Source: Lingula anatina (taxonomy: Eukaryota > Animalia > Brachiopoda). Taken from it: a DNA stretch of 64,000 nucleotides. How positions within the stretch are numbered: the first letter of the stretch is position 1; each line of letters starts with the position of its first letter. The notes under the pieces were generated by a model, which was given only the letters and a program-made list of their open reading frames with translations, was not told the DNA's origin and made no database searches. The translations under genes and the position numbers were made by a program. The stretch is taken from contig CM120646.1 in assembly GCA_051362555.1 (NCBI GenBank), forward strand, positions 15,066,001 through 15,130,000, given 5' to 3'. Of the stretch, positions 23,217 through 35,919 are shown piece after piece.

Positions 23217-25302
23217 TTAGTTGAATATCATCTCCCAGCGATCGACAGGGAGTGCACTCGCTTGGGGATGGGGAACACCTAAATAGGTTGCTTTCAGCTG
23301 ACATCGGTAAAGACCAGTGCCTTCTTCCGGGCTCTGATCAATGTTGAATGAGTTACAACGAAGATTGCTCAGACACTCATGAGCACAGTGTTCCTTGTCG
23401 TGTGTGGTCAGATTGGCCAATATTTCAGCTATAGGGTCACAAAATGGATGCTTGCGAAAGAATGCTTTTCTCCGTGTCTCTGAAACATTTGAAACATATA
23501 AAGTATTATGCTTCCAGAAGGTTGTCCTCAACCTATTTGATGTTGTTGTACACAGATGTGCGGTGTGTAGGTTGATATTGTGATATTTGAGTAACCCCAA
23601 AATATCAGAGACACCAGTAAATGTCAATTCTGTCATAATTACGAAAACGTCAGCTCATGCTTCTGTATCTAGACTACGTGGGCGGATTTGACGGGTAAAA
23701 GGCAAAAATATTTCACGTAATTATAAAGAAACTATATACTTAACAACAGTTTCAACATTTAATCAACGAACATTTCATAATCATATCATTTTATAAGAAA
23801 TAACTGCAAAGAAATAACTGCAAAATAATTCGACGTGTGAAATGCTTGCAAGATTGTAAATTAATTTTTTAAAGTCATTATCCTCTCTTTTTGCCTCATA
23901 TTTGCCTCAAGAAAACGTTTTTCAAGGCCCTTTTGCAAAGGCTAGACTAGTTTTAGTAGGTCAGTTTATCAGAAGACCACTGTGGAAACCACTGTGAACA
24001 AAACATTGTCGTCTATTTGACCTTTAAGTTTGGAGCCATCAGAATTTCCGGGCACAACACTGAAACCATTTTTCTTTCACTTTTAAGGCCAAGTTTCATC
24101 TGTACAGCCAAGGTGATTAAATTAAATTAATGAACACAAACATCCTGAAAGGGCCTACGACGAAGCGAAACTTCTTGAGTGACTGGGGGCGGTGACAGGA
24201 TCAGCAATTGGAGTGGAATTCACGTTGGAGCCAAAAACACCTGAGGTACATGTAGTCATCGATGAAAACCTGAACCATGTCAAATTCAGGAATATTTTGG
24301 AAACCGACTGCTTACCAATTGTAAGAGGGAACTTATTTTACAAACATGAAAATCCCACCCTGAGCTTCAGAGATAACTTGACACTAACCTCTTCAGTATA
24401 GCCTAGTTTTCATTTGTCAGACAAAAAGGAAAAAATAGAAGAAAATGATTTGGAAAAATAATGCACATTAAATGTCAAGTTTTCTATGTTTTTAAACAAT
24501 CTATAAGGAGTATTGATGGTACAGGCATAAAGACGACTGAAACATGTTGTGTCGCACCGCTAATTAAAGATACCACTTTGTTTATTTACTCACGATTTGA
24601 CGGGGTGATATCCCATTCTGCGGACCCATTTACTCCTGCTCTCACTTCTAAAACTTTTACGTCACTTGTGGCAGCATGGTCTATGCTGTGCATCAGGATT
24701 GTTTCCTTTCCGATATCTCGACCAGCTCCTAACTGGATGTAACCTTTATCCCAACTAATCCAAAACGCCCTAAATGATCCGCAGTCAAGAATATTTGGCG
24801 TGTTTTGTGATATGGGGTCACTGGGATAGCCAATGTATAGGTCAGTGACATCATTGCGAAGTATCCACGAGTATGTGAGCACACATTCGAAATAGATGTT
24901 GACGCCACACAGATAAAGTGCAATCGCCTCACATGTTTTCACGTCGAATGTAAACGAAGTTACACCGGTTAAATCCGCTATTCCAATGTCATAATAATCG
25001 GATTTCGAAGTAAATTTTATGGTCAAAACTGGAAATAGAAATAGAAGCAAAATAGTTTAAATATATTTGGTTGTATTACTGTCTTCAAATAACAGTGATT
25101 TCGAAGTAAATTTTATGGTCAAAACTGGAAATAGAAATAGAAGCAAAATAGTTTAAATATATTTGGTTGTATTACTGTCTTCAAATAACAGTGACCTGAA
25201 ATCAGAAAGAAGTAAACTGTTAACTGTCTTTTTATTGATTAGTAATTGAATAAACTAGCTGATACCCGTCACATCAATCATTGAATCATAAATAGGCCTA
25301 AC

Positions 25303-25351
<49 letters not shown>

Positions 25352-25446
25352 TAGTCGTAACTTCCATCTGTACTTTCTTAGTATACTAATACATACATAC
25401 CTCTTGGTAAACATAAAGCGATCAACATTGCTTTCAAACAAAGCAT
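23217..25446 (-). CDS. Secreted FAMeT-domain + PAN/apple protein, paralogue A (~247 aa)
   Basis: Exons 25446-25401 (MLCLKAMLIALCLPR), 25028-24594 (FDVKTCEA...TPNILDCGSFRAFWISW...GAG) and 23479-23217 (HCAHECLSNLRCNSFN...CQL). Same 46-nt first exon and phases as paralogue B. An extra small exon near 24160-24240 cannot be excluded. Confidence 0.8.
25001..25192. repeat. Perfect 96-bp tandem duplication covering the exon-2 splice acceptor of paralogue A
   Basis: 25001-25096 equals 25097-25192 (GATTTCGAAG...AATAACAGT). Confidence 0.9.
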
Positions 25447-26085
25447 CTCGTGTATAGACCGTATGGTAATTCAGCGTCAGGGGAAATTCTACAAACGAAC
25501 AATTGGTGTGCTCGGGATGAACAAACGCTCAAAATGAATTGAATGAAAGATTCTATGTGCCTATTATAGCTTCATTTAAGCCAATGCTATAAATTCTGAG
25601 AGGCTGCTTGGACGGCTGCGGATAGTACAGTGTATCCCTATGTCAACTTTAATAGCACTTTATTATTCATTTTTCATGCTGGAAATTTATAACCACATAT
25701 AATTCTAGCTTTACGTACTAATCATGTCCATTTCTATTGATTTTCCCCATAGATTATTAATATGACATGCTGCAGATAACCGATAAACAAAATTCTCTCC
25801 ATTAAGGATATCGTCACCCTTCGCCCAAAACTTCTTATTTACTGCCTTACATGCATTCCCTTGGGTAATAGATAAACCTCCACTGTTCATTGACTAAATT
25901 AATTAACATTTGCACATATGTCATCTTTCGGGTGACGTCGTTATTGCGATTATGGGGTAAAAACTGAAAAAGCGGCGTCTTAACTTACACCACTGCCTGA
26001 GTACCTACGATCACGTTTCAACGCCGATTTAATAACACCATTTAGTACTTCAAAACCCTGCCAGCAATTTTCCTTAGAAGTCTTA

Positions 26086-26371
26086 CAAGGGCGGATCCAG
26101 GATTATTTGAAGAGGGGGTCCAGGACGATAGGCCTTGGATGCGAAGTCGACCATCGCTCCCTTGGCGTGGGGTTCGGGGCCTGCTTAAGGGCCCCGAAAT
26201 TGTTTTGGGGTTTTGGAGGGAAAACGGTGCCCTTTGGTACGGTTTTGTACTATATGTTTCAGCTAGTCAAAATTCTAATTTCAAGAGGGGAATATATTTC
26301 TCAAATTTTTCAGAAACCGAAGGGGGGGTCAGCACCCCCCTGACCCCCACCCCCCTCTAAATCCGCCACTG
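26086..26371. mobile_element. MITE with CA(A/G)GGGCGGAT TIRs
   Basis: CAAGGGCGGATCCAGGATTATTTGAAG...AAATCCGCCACTG; the same 5' end recurs near 33704. Confidence 0.7.
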
Positions 26372-27095
26372 ATGAAACGATGTCTTTTGTTATTCCTCTA
26401 AGTTATATTATTCGAAACTATATGGTGGCATTTGGCCGGCTTTTGGTCATGGTGTTGATCTTTCTCACCATAAGTTATGTCTTTCTCTTTAATGAGCTTG
26501 CGTATTTTCTTATTGCACTGTACTGTTTTACTTATTTTGTGGGTAAACATATTTCTGCACAAAAGTAATAAACCGGTAGCTTAAACCGTTATCTATGTCC
26601 GTGTAATTTTTGAAAATATTCCGCTCCGTTATTCACGTTGCTTGAAAACCTTCATTGTTTTTATTTTGGTTTAGTCTCTTTGAAAGTTTGCTTGTAAGTT
26701 GGCATTAGTAAAACTGAACAGTGATCAGTGTTTTCAAAGGGCGATCATTTCAGTGCTTTGCACGCCCCCTTAATAGCACAATACAGTGATGCAATGTATT
26801 TTTGCCTCTAGTCAAAATTTGATAAATTGACGGTAGGAAATGACTTTTCATGTTGGCCGTATTAAAATCTCCAAGAACAATGATAAGTGAGTCGGGGTCA
26901 GAGGTAAGGCAATTTATGCTATTATTTTATTGTGCCTACATGTAATTGGGCTCACTTGCTTCAATAGTTAGAATACACGTGTATTTACAGTGCTCAGAAA
27001 GAGTAGACGGGTATTCATAATTATTTGAACGTCCGAAGAAAGCTAAGAGTATTTTGCTTTCATATTATTTTGGTGACAGATTTTAGAGTTCTGAC

Positions 27096-28423
27096 ATGAT
27101 GCACCGATATTCAACCACTATGTGGACTTCTAAGAGTGTCAGATATGTAGCCCTGTCAACCCTCTTGATTGGTTCTATGTTGCGGATTCTGTGGATAAAT
27201 CATAGTACGCGTAAGTCTTCTTTAGTGAACTTCATCGGTGTCAAGGAAGCCAGTCAACAAAACCCGTTAAGAGCGCCTCCTAGGATTGGTACCGAGTACG
27301 ATGACTTGCCAGAGTCCGTAGAGTTCACATTGGAGCTTAGGTACGCAGTTGTGCGACCGAGGAATAACAGTCTGACAACTGAGAAGCGATTTGTGTATCT
27401 CATTGGGGGCCGAACAAAGGGGATCATCGAAGGCTTAGAAGAAACGAAAGAACGCGACGTCATTTGGATGACGTTTGCAGATAGGTCGGGAGAAATATAC
27501 GCCCCGAATACATCGGCTGGTTCCGGTAGAAGTGCGCTTCTTCAGCACGCGGTTAATTTAGCGGCCAAAATGAAAGACGGCGGTTATGTCTACTATATAT
27601 TCATGGACGACGACCTAGACCTATCGCTTCGATCTGATGGACAGGTCAATTGGAAACCTTGGTCCAATATGGCTGCAAATCCTTTTCAGCGGTTCGAGGA
27701 GTTTCTTATGTATTACCAACCTGCTGTGGGTTACGTGCGTTACCAAGACATGGTTAGACAATTTGTCAATAAAAACCAACCCGTAAACTTGAACTGGGAT
27801 TTTGATGAGTGTTTCAACGCATTCCACAGGGGTACGCTGTCATTTCTCATACCATATGATATGCACCTAGACTATGAATCGTGGTTTAATGGTGCCTGGA
27901 TGACTCGTCAGTTGATTTCGATGTTGTATCATGGTTATTGCCTTCAGTGCAACTCACTGCACGTCACAAATAGTATAACACAACTGTTTCGCGTTCGACG
28001 GGAAGATACAAGGCTTATTTTGATTACGAAATACCGCGGAACTACATCTTGTCAGCTTTGCTGGCGGAAATTAAAGCCAGTCCAGCCAAAGCCAACCCCT
28101 TAATCGAGGCTGTTTTGAAAGGAACGTCTTCGCGCCAAAGTCCAGGAACTCTGCAACCAGGTCCAAACGTCAAAATTCCGGGGGAACCAAAACGAAAAGG
28201 CAATCATTCGTACCTTGTGACACCAGACTTTATCCTTCAATATTGGGACCATACGCATCCCATGATTCAAAAGAAATTAACTTGGCTGCAAAAATCCGAA
28301 ATACGGAAAATCCTAGGGTTAGATAACCGTCGTCTTCAAACTTTCCAACCCGGCACTTTGTACTGTGTCACACCAAATAAATTCTCACTGTCTATTGGAC
28401 AATGGCACTGTTTAATAACTTGA
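27096..28423 (+). pseudogene. Intronless type-II membrane DxD-motif (glycosyltransferase-like) ORF split by a -1 frameshift
   Basis: N-terminal hydrophobic anchor (YVALSTLLIGSMLRILWI), YYIFMDDD motif, PFQRFEEFLMYYQPAVG. ORF 27096-28103 overlaps a second frame open from about 27975 to 28423; the joined product is about 440 aa. May be a sequencing indel rather than a true pseudogene. Confidence 0.55.
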
Positions 28424-29478
28424 TTTTCAAACGCATCTCAGCACTATAGGATGATTATGAAAATTTCTTTCATGTTCAAAATTTCAGTCCTATTTTTCTT
28501 TCATGTTGTGTTACGAAATAATTTGTTGTTGGTCCATCTCAAGAGAAACGTTCTTTGAATGAAACTGAGTAAACATCTTTGATGACAATAAAAGGGCCAT
28601 TTACTGTTTTGATTCAATCTTTTCTTTGTAGGCCTATAACATGATTGTGTGATGTTGATCCATCCATCAACAAAAAGTCTTGTTGTATTTCAAGGTAATA
28701 TTCATACCCTACTTGTTCTAATACGGATTCCAGTTAAATATTTTAGTGACGTAAAGGCGCTCTTTATTTATTCAACGGGTCTTCTTAATAAATATTTAGT
28801 TGATCGATAAAAATGCATATAAAACTAAATTTATTAATTCGAAAAAAAAAAAAAAAAGATCAACACGTTTTTATGATAAATCCTCTCTTGGCTGTGTATA
28901 CAAATATATAGGCCTATATTTTGTTGAGTAAACTGTATGTACATACTCCGGTCACTCAAACGTCACCAGAACTGTGCCGCTTTCTTGTTACTGCCATTCC
29001 GGAGAAGTAATGTTGCTGTAGGGATTCAAACCTATGGGGATTATTCATCGCCTGAAAGTGCTGGTCATGTTCGAAAATGGGCATGATCCAATCTTTCCAT
29101 AAATCTCTTTTTTTGTTCACTTTGATAAATTCAATTATTTTGGCTTTGTATTAACGAAAGACGTCCAAGGCTCAAAGTTTGTATATTGCTGTATTATCGC
29201 TAGTTCTTATGATCAAGCTGATAAATCTAGTCTGTACACACTGTGTGTTAGCTTTAGCTCTCTCACAGCTCTACTCCAGCTTTGAATGATATTTATGTGC
29301 AGATATTGTGAGTAGTGTATTATTAAGGTAATGTTAATGCTGGCATACGCCTTGTGATTTAGTATTAAACTATAAGGGGGTAATAAGTGGTAAAAAACGT
29401 TTTAGTTTTTGGTATGCATTTAAATATGAAATCGGATTTGGCTTTGCATGATTTTAATCGGTAATACTTAATCACATG

Positions 29479-32400
29479 TCAGCTCAGTTGATTCCGTAAA
29501 TGGTTATAAAATAACCACAGACAGGACACAGACAGGATTAATATGCCTCCAAACACCAGGGTCTGGAGGCCTGCTCCTGTGGTATTTAAAGCGGATGTTG
29601 GCCGAAGTACCTTGGAGGCGAACTGACATTCTGCTGAATTGATGTCATCCAAACACAAAATGTGCTTTAGTGCGCTGGAAATTAAAAAATATTTTATTAA
29701 GTTAACGTAAGGCGCTAAAAGATTGCACTGTCTTGAGTTTAATAATTTAATAACGACCTCTTTAAGACCTGTAAAGCGTTTCGTTTTCTTTATTGTTTTA
29801 ATAAGCTCACTTTACCTTGGGTCATCGATGCAGTCATATTCGAATCCAAGTTCTTCTAAACGTTTTTTAAGGAGGGGAATGCTGCCATTGTTGCACGTTT
29901 CCCTGAAAATGTTAATCGTTTCATGTATTTTACGTTTGTGCTGAATATGTATAACGCAAAAATAAAAACATAGTAATACCCCCTTTGATTAATTTTTGAA
30001 AACGTTCTTAATGAAAATTTGAGTAATGCTTTACCAGTACGTACTTGTGCGTTTTCCCAACATCATGGAATACCATGAGCTGGAATCGCGTGACTTTCGC
30101 CTTAGGAAGGTTTGGAAGTTCAAACAGGTTGAAATAGCTGATAAATAGAGTAATTTCATGTTTCATAATACCTTCTTATCATGTTGACAAGTGTTTATAA
30201 ACTTTAATTGAAACCTTTGGTAGAAACCTTGGATATCTTTTAATCAGTATTGAAATAAATAGAAACTTGTAATTTTTACCATCCAACGTGTTTTCTAAAA
30301 AAAGAATACTAAAAGACAAATTTACTGAAGTATTTTCTTTAAATGTCTGCTTTGAATCCATGTGATTACACGTGTACCAGTGAGATAATTTATCGTAGTA
30401 CCTGATTTCGTTGAAGGCCACATTGGTCTCAGCCGTCGTTCCATTGAGGATCATTTTAATTACCCCAGTACAGACCTCTGCAAACTTTCGGTAAAATATG
30501 CAAATAATCCCCATAAACATATGATCTTATTTCAATGTTTCCAATTGTCTATTAAAGTGGCAGCATTTTATATAAATAAAGCATAATAAAGTTCAATGAA
30601 AAGAGTATTCGTAGAATATTATAAGGAGAAATCTATATACAGATGGTCCACAATGAAAAAAATCATAGGTTAAAATATACGTTACTTCTACTGTGAGCAA
30701 CTTTATCTTTAAATGGTTTCTGATCAGAATTATACGATTGCAATTTCAGAATAAGAATTAATCTTGGCATCGAAGGAGTTTGTCAGGGTAAGGTTTGTTT
30801 GTTGGTGTGTTCAGATTTTTACCTATCAAAACATCGATAAAGGAAGAATCTGTTATACATGTAGATGGCAATAAAAATACGTATTTTAAACTGCATCTCC
30901 TTTCATTAAAAATTCCTGTCGACATTCACAGTCAATTAGAGCTAGGACCCAGTATACTGGATCCTAGATAAGAGGTTAATGGGTCCAATATAAGAGATTA
31001 AAAGAAAAGACTTGTTTTTTTGTAGCTGAAACCAAATGCTCTCACTGCTTTCGACACGGCTGTCCACATTCCGCCATATTGGCCCTGGAACATGGGACAG
31101 TCCTCTTCCAGTGGACAGTGGTCATAGTTGATGCCTGGCTCCTCCTCCTGACCACACCAGGCGAACACGTGATTACCCAGGTAGCCAGTCAGGATGTCAG
31201 CAGAAGCCACGTACCGGCGCCGATTGCCGCTATAATCGTGTGCTAGGGTGTACGCGGCCTCCCAAAATACCGCCTACAGAGAAAAAAAAAACAATACGAA
31301 TGGATACGAAAATATAGCGTTTATACAGTAGGTACCGTTTTATGACGTTTCGCGTTATGATTGGATAATAAACAAATCAGTTGAATGTGCAATTCGCTTA
31401 TTGTGATACAAAGACAATGAAGTGCTGAAGAGTATTCCTTTTTTGACATGACATTAGAATGGATGATCCGAGTACTTACTGATCCACCGACCAAATATTG
31501 CTGACCAAAGTTCAAAAGCAACGTCCCTAATTCCATGATGGTCTCTCCGCCTAGCAATTAAACCTCGGAGCAGAGCTTTAATCCGTTTTAAGGCGCGTGT
31601 GGAGTCGGGCATCGCTTTTGAACTGTGGTTGAACCATATTTAGTCGGCGGATCAGTAAGTACCCGGATCATCTATTCTGAATGGGGCCTATTTGTAAGAA
31701 CCTTTTCAGGTTCAGTGGTTGTTTTAACAAACACTAATACTTACCTTATTTGTAGGGACCTCTCCAGGAACAGTGGCTGCATTAACAAACGGTTCATAGT
31801 CCGCCACTGTAACGTTACACGGGTCTTTGTACATCCAGGCATGGGAAAATTTCTCCCAAAGATCTGTGCAGTTCTTCTGACTATAAATTAAAATAATAAT
31901 ACTCTTCACCCATGAGTTTTATTCCAATATGTAATTCGAATAATTGAAAATTGATTTGCTTAAATTTTTATGGGTGGAAAAAAAGGATATTCGCCTTGTT
32001 TAAGAGTACATTCAGAACTGAAAATCCGCGGACTGATTCGTCAACTAAATATGGCCGACCCCAGTAAAAAGCAATGCCGCTAGTTTCTTGATCGTCTGCG
32101 CGCCGTTAAACGGATTAGATATTGGCTCCGAGGTTTAACTGCAAGGCCCCTGCAGCAACGGCCCATCTGGAGGCTGGGAGACCATCAGGTAACTATAGTG
32201 GGCGCTGTTTTTAAATGAGTCGGCCATATTTAGTGCGCGGATCGGTGAGTCCGCGGATCAATTTGTCCTAAATGCGCTCTAAGAGAACCAAAGTCGAAAA
32301 TACTTCTATCAAAATACGTAAACAAAAAATCTTTAATTATTTCTCTGGATGCCTTTGTCTATTTTGCCTATGAGTAGTTCTACTTTGCTATTACCAAGAT

Positions 32401-33061
32401 GTAAAAAAAATTGCTATTCGGAACGGAAAACGAGCAGTGACCTCTCCTTAAAGCTGTAATGCACCTGTTACACTTGTTGAACTGATTTTCCCCACTCTCG
32501 TCCCCAATAGAATTGGGATTTTGTTTATATCGGCAATCAACGTCATATCACTTCATCAATGTTAATAAACCATGAATAGAACAGTCTTTTCCTTTGTGGG
32601 GGCAAGAAGTTGTAAAGATCTCTTTACAACTTCTTGGTGGGGGTTAGCCAGAATTCTTTGATCAAGCGGTCGCCATCCCGTTGTCATAAGGGCTCAAGAT
32701 ACCACATGGATAACCAAGATCAGACTTCAGATACAGTGCACGACACTAAGGTACACGGATGAACAACCAGTAAACGTATATCCCCAAACCTTCATTCAGT
32801 AAGCTTTTTAAAGTCTGACACCAGCATTCTGTTGGCGGTAGATCTGAAATAGCAACACGCATGTATCCACACTTACACGTTCTCGCCTAAACTTTGACCG
32901 ATATACTCCGTGTAGTACCAGCATTGTCCGATAAAAATCTCCCTGATATGACGGTTAGTCCCTGCACTCGCCGCTGTAGGTTGGGACACGAGACACAGTG
33001 AGAGAAAAACGAAAGCAAGGCAAGTGCATATTAATACACTGCCCCATTTAGCGGAAGACAT
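29479..33061 (-). CDS. CD38: ADP-ribosyl cyclase / cADPR hydrolase, CD38/BST1 family (~335 aa)
   Basis: Exons 33061-32877, 31880-31745, 31273-31046, 30484-30402, 30137-30045, 29902-29816, 29674-29479, all in phase. Motifs IFIGQC, NCTDLWEKF..A..KDPC, FW, WCG, MWTAVS, FELPNL, ETCNNGSI, CIDDP; N-terminal signal and hydrophobic C-terminus. Confidence 0.9.
31450..31690. mobile_element. Fold-back MITE in cyclase intron 2
   Basis: GAATGGATGATCCGAGTACTTACTGATCC...GGATCAGTAAGTACCCGGATCATCTATTC inverted repeat. Confidence 0.7.
32004..32279. mobile_element. Harbinger-like MITE in cyclase intron 1 (related to 31450-31690, opposite orientation)
   Basis: TAA|GAGTACATT...AATGCGCTC|TAA; internal ACGGATTAG...CTCCGAGGTTTAA is the reverse complement of 31558-31590. 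Confidence 0.65.
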
Positions 33062-34429
33062 CTTGCTTTCAGTCTGAACGTTTGCGTTGATAACATGGGG
33101 GTCCCAGGACCCAAATAAATCACCAAGGACTAGTTGATAAGATAAACAACAAGAAGCAACACACTCATCCAAATGTCAACGCACTGCGCGTAAACACAAA
33201 CAGGTAGAGAATTAAGAAACGCGCGTTTATTACACACGCACTTCTACATGTGTAGATCTACAAGCCTATGGTATGCGACGTATTACGTAACTACACGTGC
33301 CCTGAACCATGGACTTCCTAGTTAACGTCCTTTGCTCATATGTAACCCAGTAGTAAGTTAGACATGCGAATATCACTACATCGGACCACAATAACACTGA
33401 CTACAAATGAATCGCGATGTTGCTTTATATTTGAAATATTTGCTGGCTGTTGAATGGTTTGAATTGGTCATATAAAAAGTATGTGGTATAGAAATTAAAC
33501 GAAATTAAACAGCATCACGTTCCTGCAGTTTTGGGAGTCAGTTTCAACTGCTTAACTGCCCCCACCACCCAACTGCTGGTGAATCAAGACTAATGGAAAT
33601 ATGAAAGGCTCAAAATACAAATACAGTTTGGTTTTTTTATCTCGTCCATCCGATACATTTCCCACATTGGTGTGCACCAGTAGTAGGCCTTTGTTATCTT
33701 TCTCAGGGGCGGATCCAGGATTATTTGAAGGGGGGTTCGCGGATGCAAAGCCACGGTTTGTCAGTTGAGGAAAGAAGGAATCTTTAAAAAAAGCATGTTT
33801 TGATGTAAAAGACAGTGGCGTAAGACTAGCTGTAAGTTCCTCTGTAATCCATGGGCTGAATCAAGTCAATCAACAGTTGATGGTAACAGGGAGTTGGCCA
33901 ACAGATCAAGTTCAATTCGACCTTGTGTCACAACCCCAGCTCAGGAGCGTTTTCTTCTTTTTTTTGTCTGAAATACGTAACCATGTGACAATGGCGGCCA
34001 TTAATTTTTTTCAAAAGGCCCAAGAAAACATGCTTGTGTAACACCAAATACTTATACTAAAGGGGAAAAAGGACGTGGAAAACACTAAACTTTATTAAAA
34101 ATGGACACTCTGTCTGACTGACAGTATATAGTGAGAACCCATGCCCTATGGCAAATTGCGCTCGGCCATCCTGAGTTTAAGGTCACCACTAAATTACACA
34201 CATGTTATCCACTAGATATATACAGGTATATGTCAAAGGGGTGCAAAGGGTGGCAGAAAAGACTGAGAAACAAACGTACTACGATAATCGACACTATATT
34301 TCCCTGACAGTAGTACACAAATTTTGTGGGGGAGAATTAATACAATTGTCCATTACATTTCAGTTTTTCGGGAAACAATTTGGGAATGAACTATATATAG
34401 AGAGAAATAGGGACAGTGGTGTAAAATAA

Positions 34430-35562
34430 CATTGGTCAAAAAGGTTGTCCTACCCCAATTCCATGTACTCTTATTTACAAATGATCACGTCATCGGTGTA
34501 AACAGTTCTAAACGATGCTTTCTATTACAGATACTATAACTTACATGATAAATTGTTCAGAAAATACAAGATACCGGCGAAAATTAGAGTATTCAGTGCA
34601 AAAGAGAACCAATCCCTATATAATCTGGATCAACACCGCCAAATCCTTTAAGAATAATGGGGCAATATCTCACTAAACAGTGTTGTTACCCTTAGTGAAG
34701 GCTTGACGCGCCGCCTACAAGAGGTAATTTCAGTACACGGTGGTCACACACGCTGTTAGACACGTAACCTTTAATGAGCACACCCTTATGCTAATTTTGT
34801 GTAAATTTGGTGATATTTGGCGGTATCTTTTTAATTTAACAGACATTTCTTTACCTCTGTGGAAGCCACAGTGAAACACAGGATTATAGGGAGAGCATAC
34901 TCTAAAATTGAACTAGATAAGCACTCCGAGAGCGCAGACCTCCGCCAAGGCAGCTAAGTCTCCACCCAATGCCGTTTCACCCCTAAATTTTCATTCTATA
35001 ATGATTAATTTTTTAAAATTTTGATTACTGATTATTGATTGATTAATGATCCGGATGACCACCCAAAACTAATCATCTGTTCCTTGGTCCACTTCTGACA
35101 GTTCCAGAAAATTTCACCAAATCGGTCCATAACTTAGTTTTTTGGTTTTTGATTATTGGTTATTGATTGATTATTTATCCTGATCAACACCAAAAACTAA
35201 TCATCTGTTACTTGGCCCACTTCTGACAGTTCCTGAAATTTTCATCAAAATCGGTCCGTAACTTTTTCTGTAATAGCCTATTGCTAACAGACAGACAGAC
35301 AGAGAGATAGACAGACAGACAAACTAACGGAACCAAAAACATAACCTCCTTGGCGGAGGTAATAAATGTTATAAAATATAGATATTTTCACCACTATTTG
35401 GTATTTTCTGAACGATTACTCATGTAAGATATGGTAGGTACATGTAGGCCTATCTGAAATAAAAAAAAGCATTGTTTATAGCAATTAATGTACACCTGTG
35501 AGGTGATCTTTTGTAAATAAAAACACATAGAATTGAGGGTGGGACAACCTTTTTGACCAATG
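34430..35562. mobile_element. Non-autonomous DNA transposon with ~160-bp degenerate TIRs (Tc1/mariner-like)
   Basis: CATTGGTCAAAAAGGTTGTCC at 34430 and GGACAACCTTTTTGACCAATG at 35562; inverted similarity extends to about 34585/35385. TSD not clear. Confidence 0.65.
34911..35362. mobile_element. Non-autonomous Helentron/HINE (DINE-1-like) element nested in the preceding transposon
   Basis: Subterminal inverted repeat ACCTCCGCCAAGG / CCTTGGCGGAGGT, terminal hairpin ACCTCCTTGGCGGAGGT, (GACA)n microsatellite, internal tandem unit of about 125 bp. Confidence 0.75.
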
Positions 35563-35903
35563 TTGTCTAACTTTTCTAATCTTGGGAGATTTTCGATGTA
35601 AGCGTATAAAAACTAAAAACTAAATCCAACTGGTGTTTTTGTAGTATTACAGCCATATGTTATTCAATTAAAAAAACATTAAAATAGGGCCTAAGCGTTG
35701 ACAATTCGCACTAGTATCAAAGTTAATACGCAATAGTATCATACCTATTACAAGGTATAAGTATTTTTCATCTGAATTTTCCTGCCTTTTCTGACATAAA
35801 AGAACACTCAGATTTTGGTCTGAAGCGACATATAGCGGCCATCTCGTAGCCTGACATGGCACATCTCCGGGATCCAGGCAGTGCTATACATGTATATAGA
35901 CAC

Positions 35904-35919
35904 GGGTCAGTCAGGGTCA
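35904..35919 (+). promoter_or_regulatory. Perfect DR4 nuclear-receptor element upstream of the zinc transporter
   Basis: GGGTCA-gtca-GGGTCA about 200 bp upstream of the ATG, between TATA-like motifs near 35892 and 35944. Confidence 0.35.

Noticed and set aside
26107-26360. ORFs 26107..26343 and 26139..26360
   Set aside because: They lie within a GC-rich MITE.
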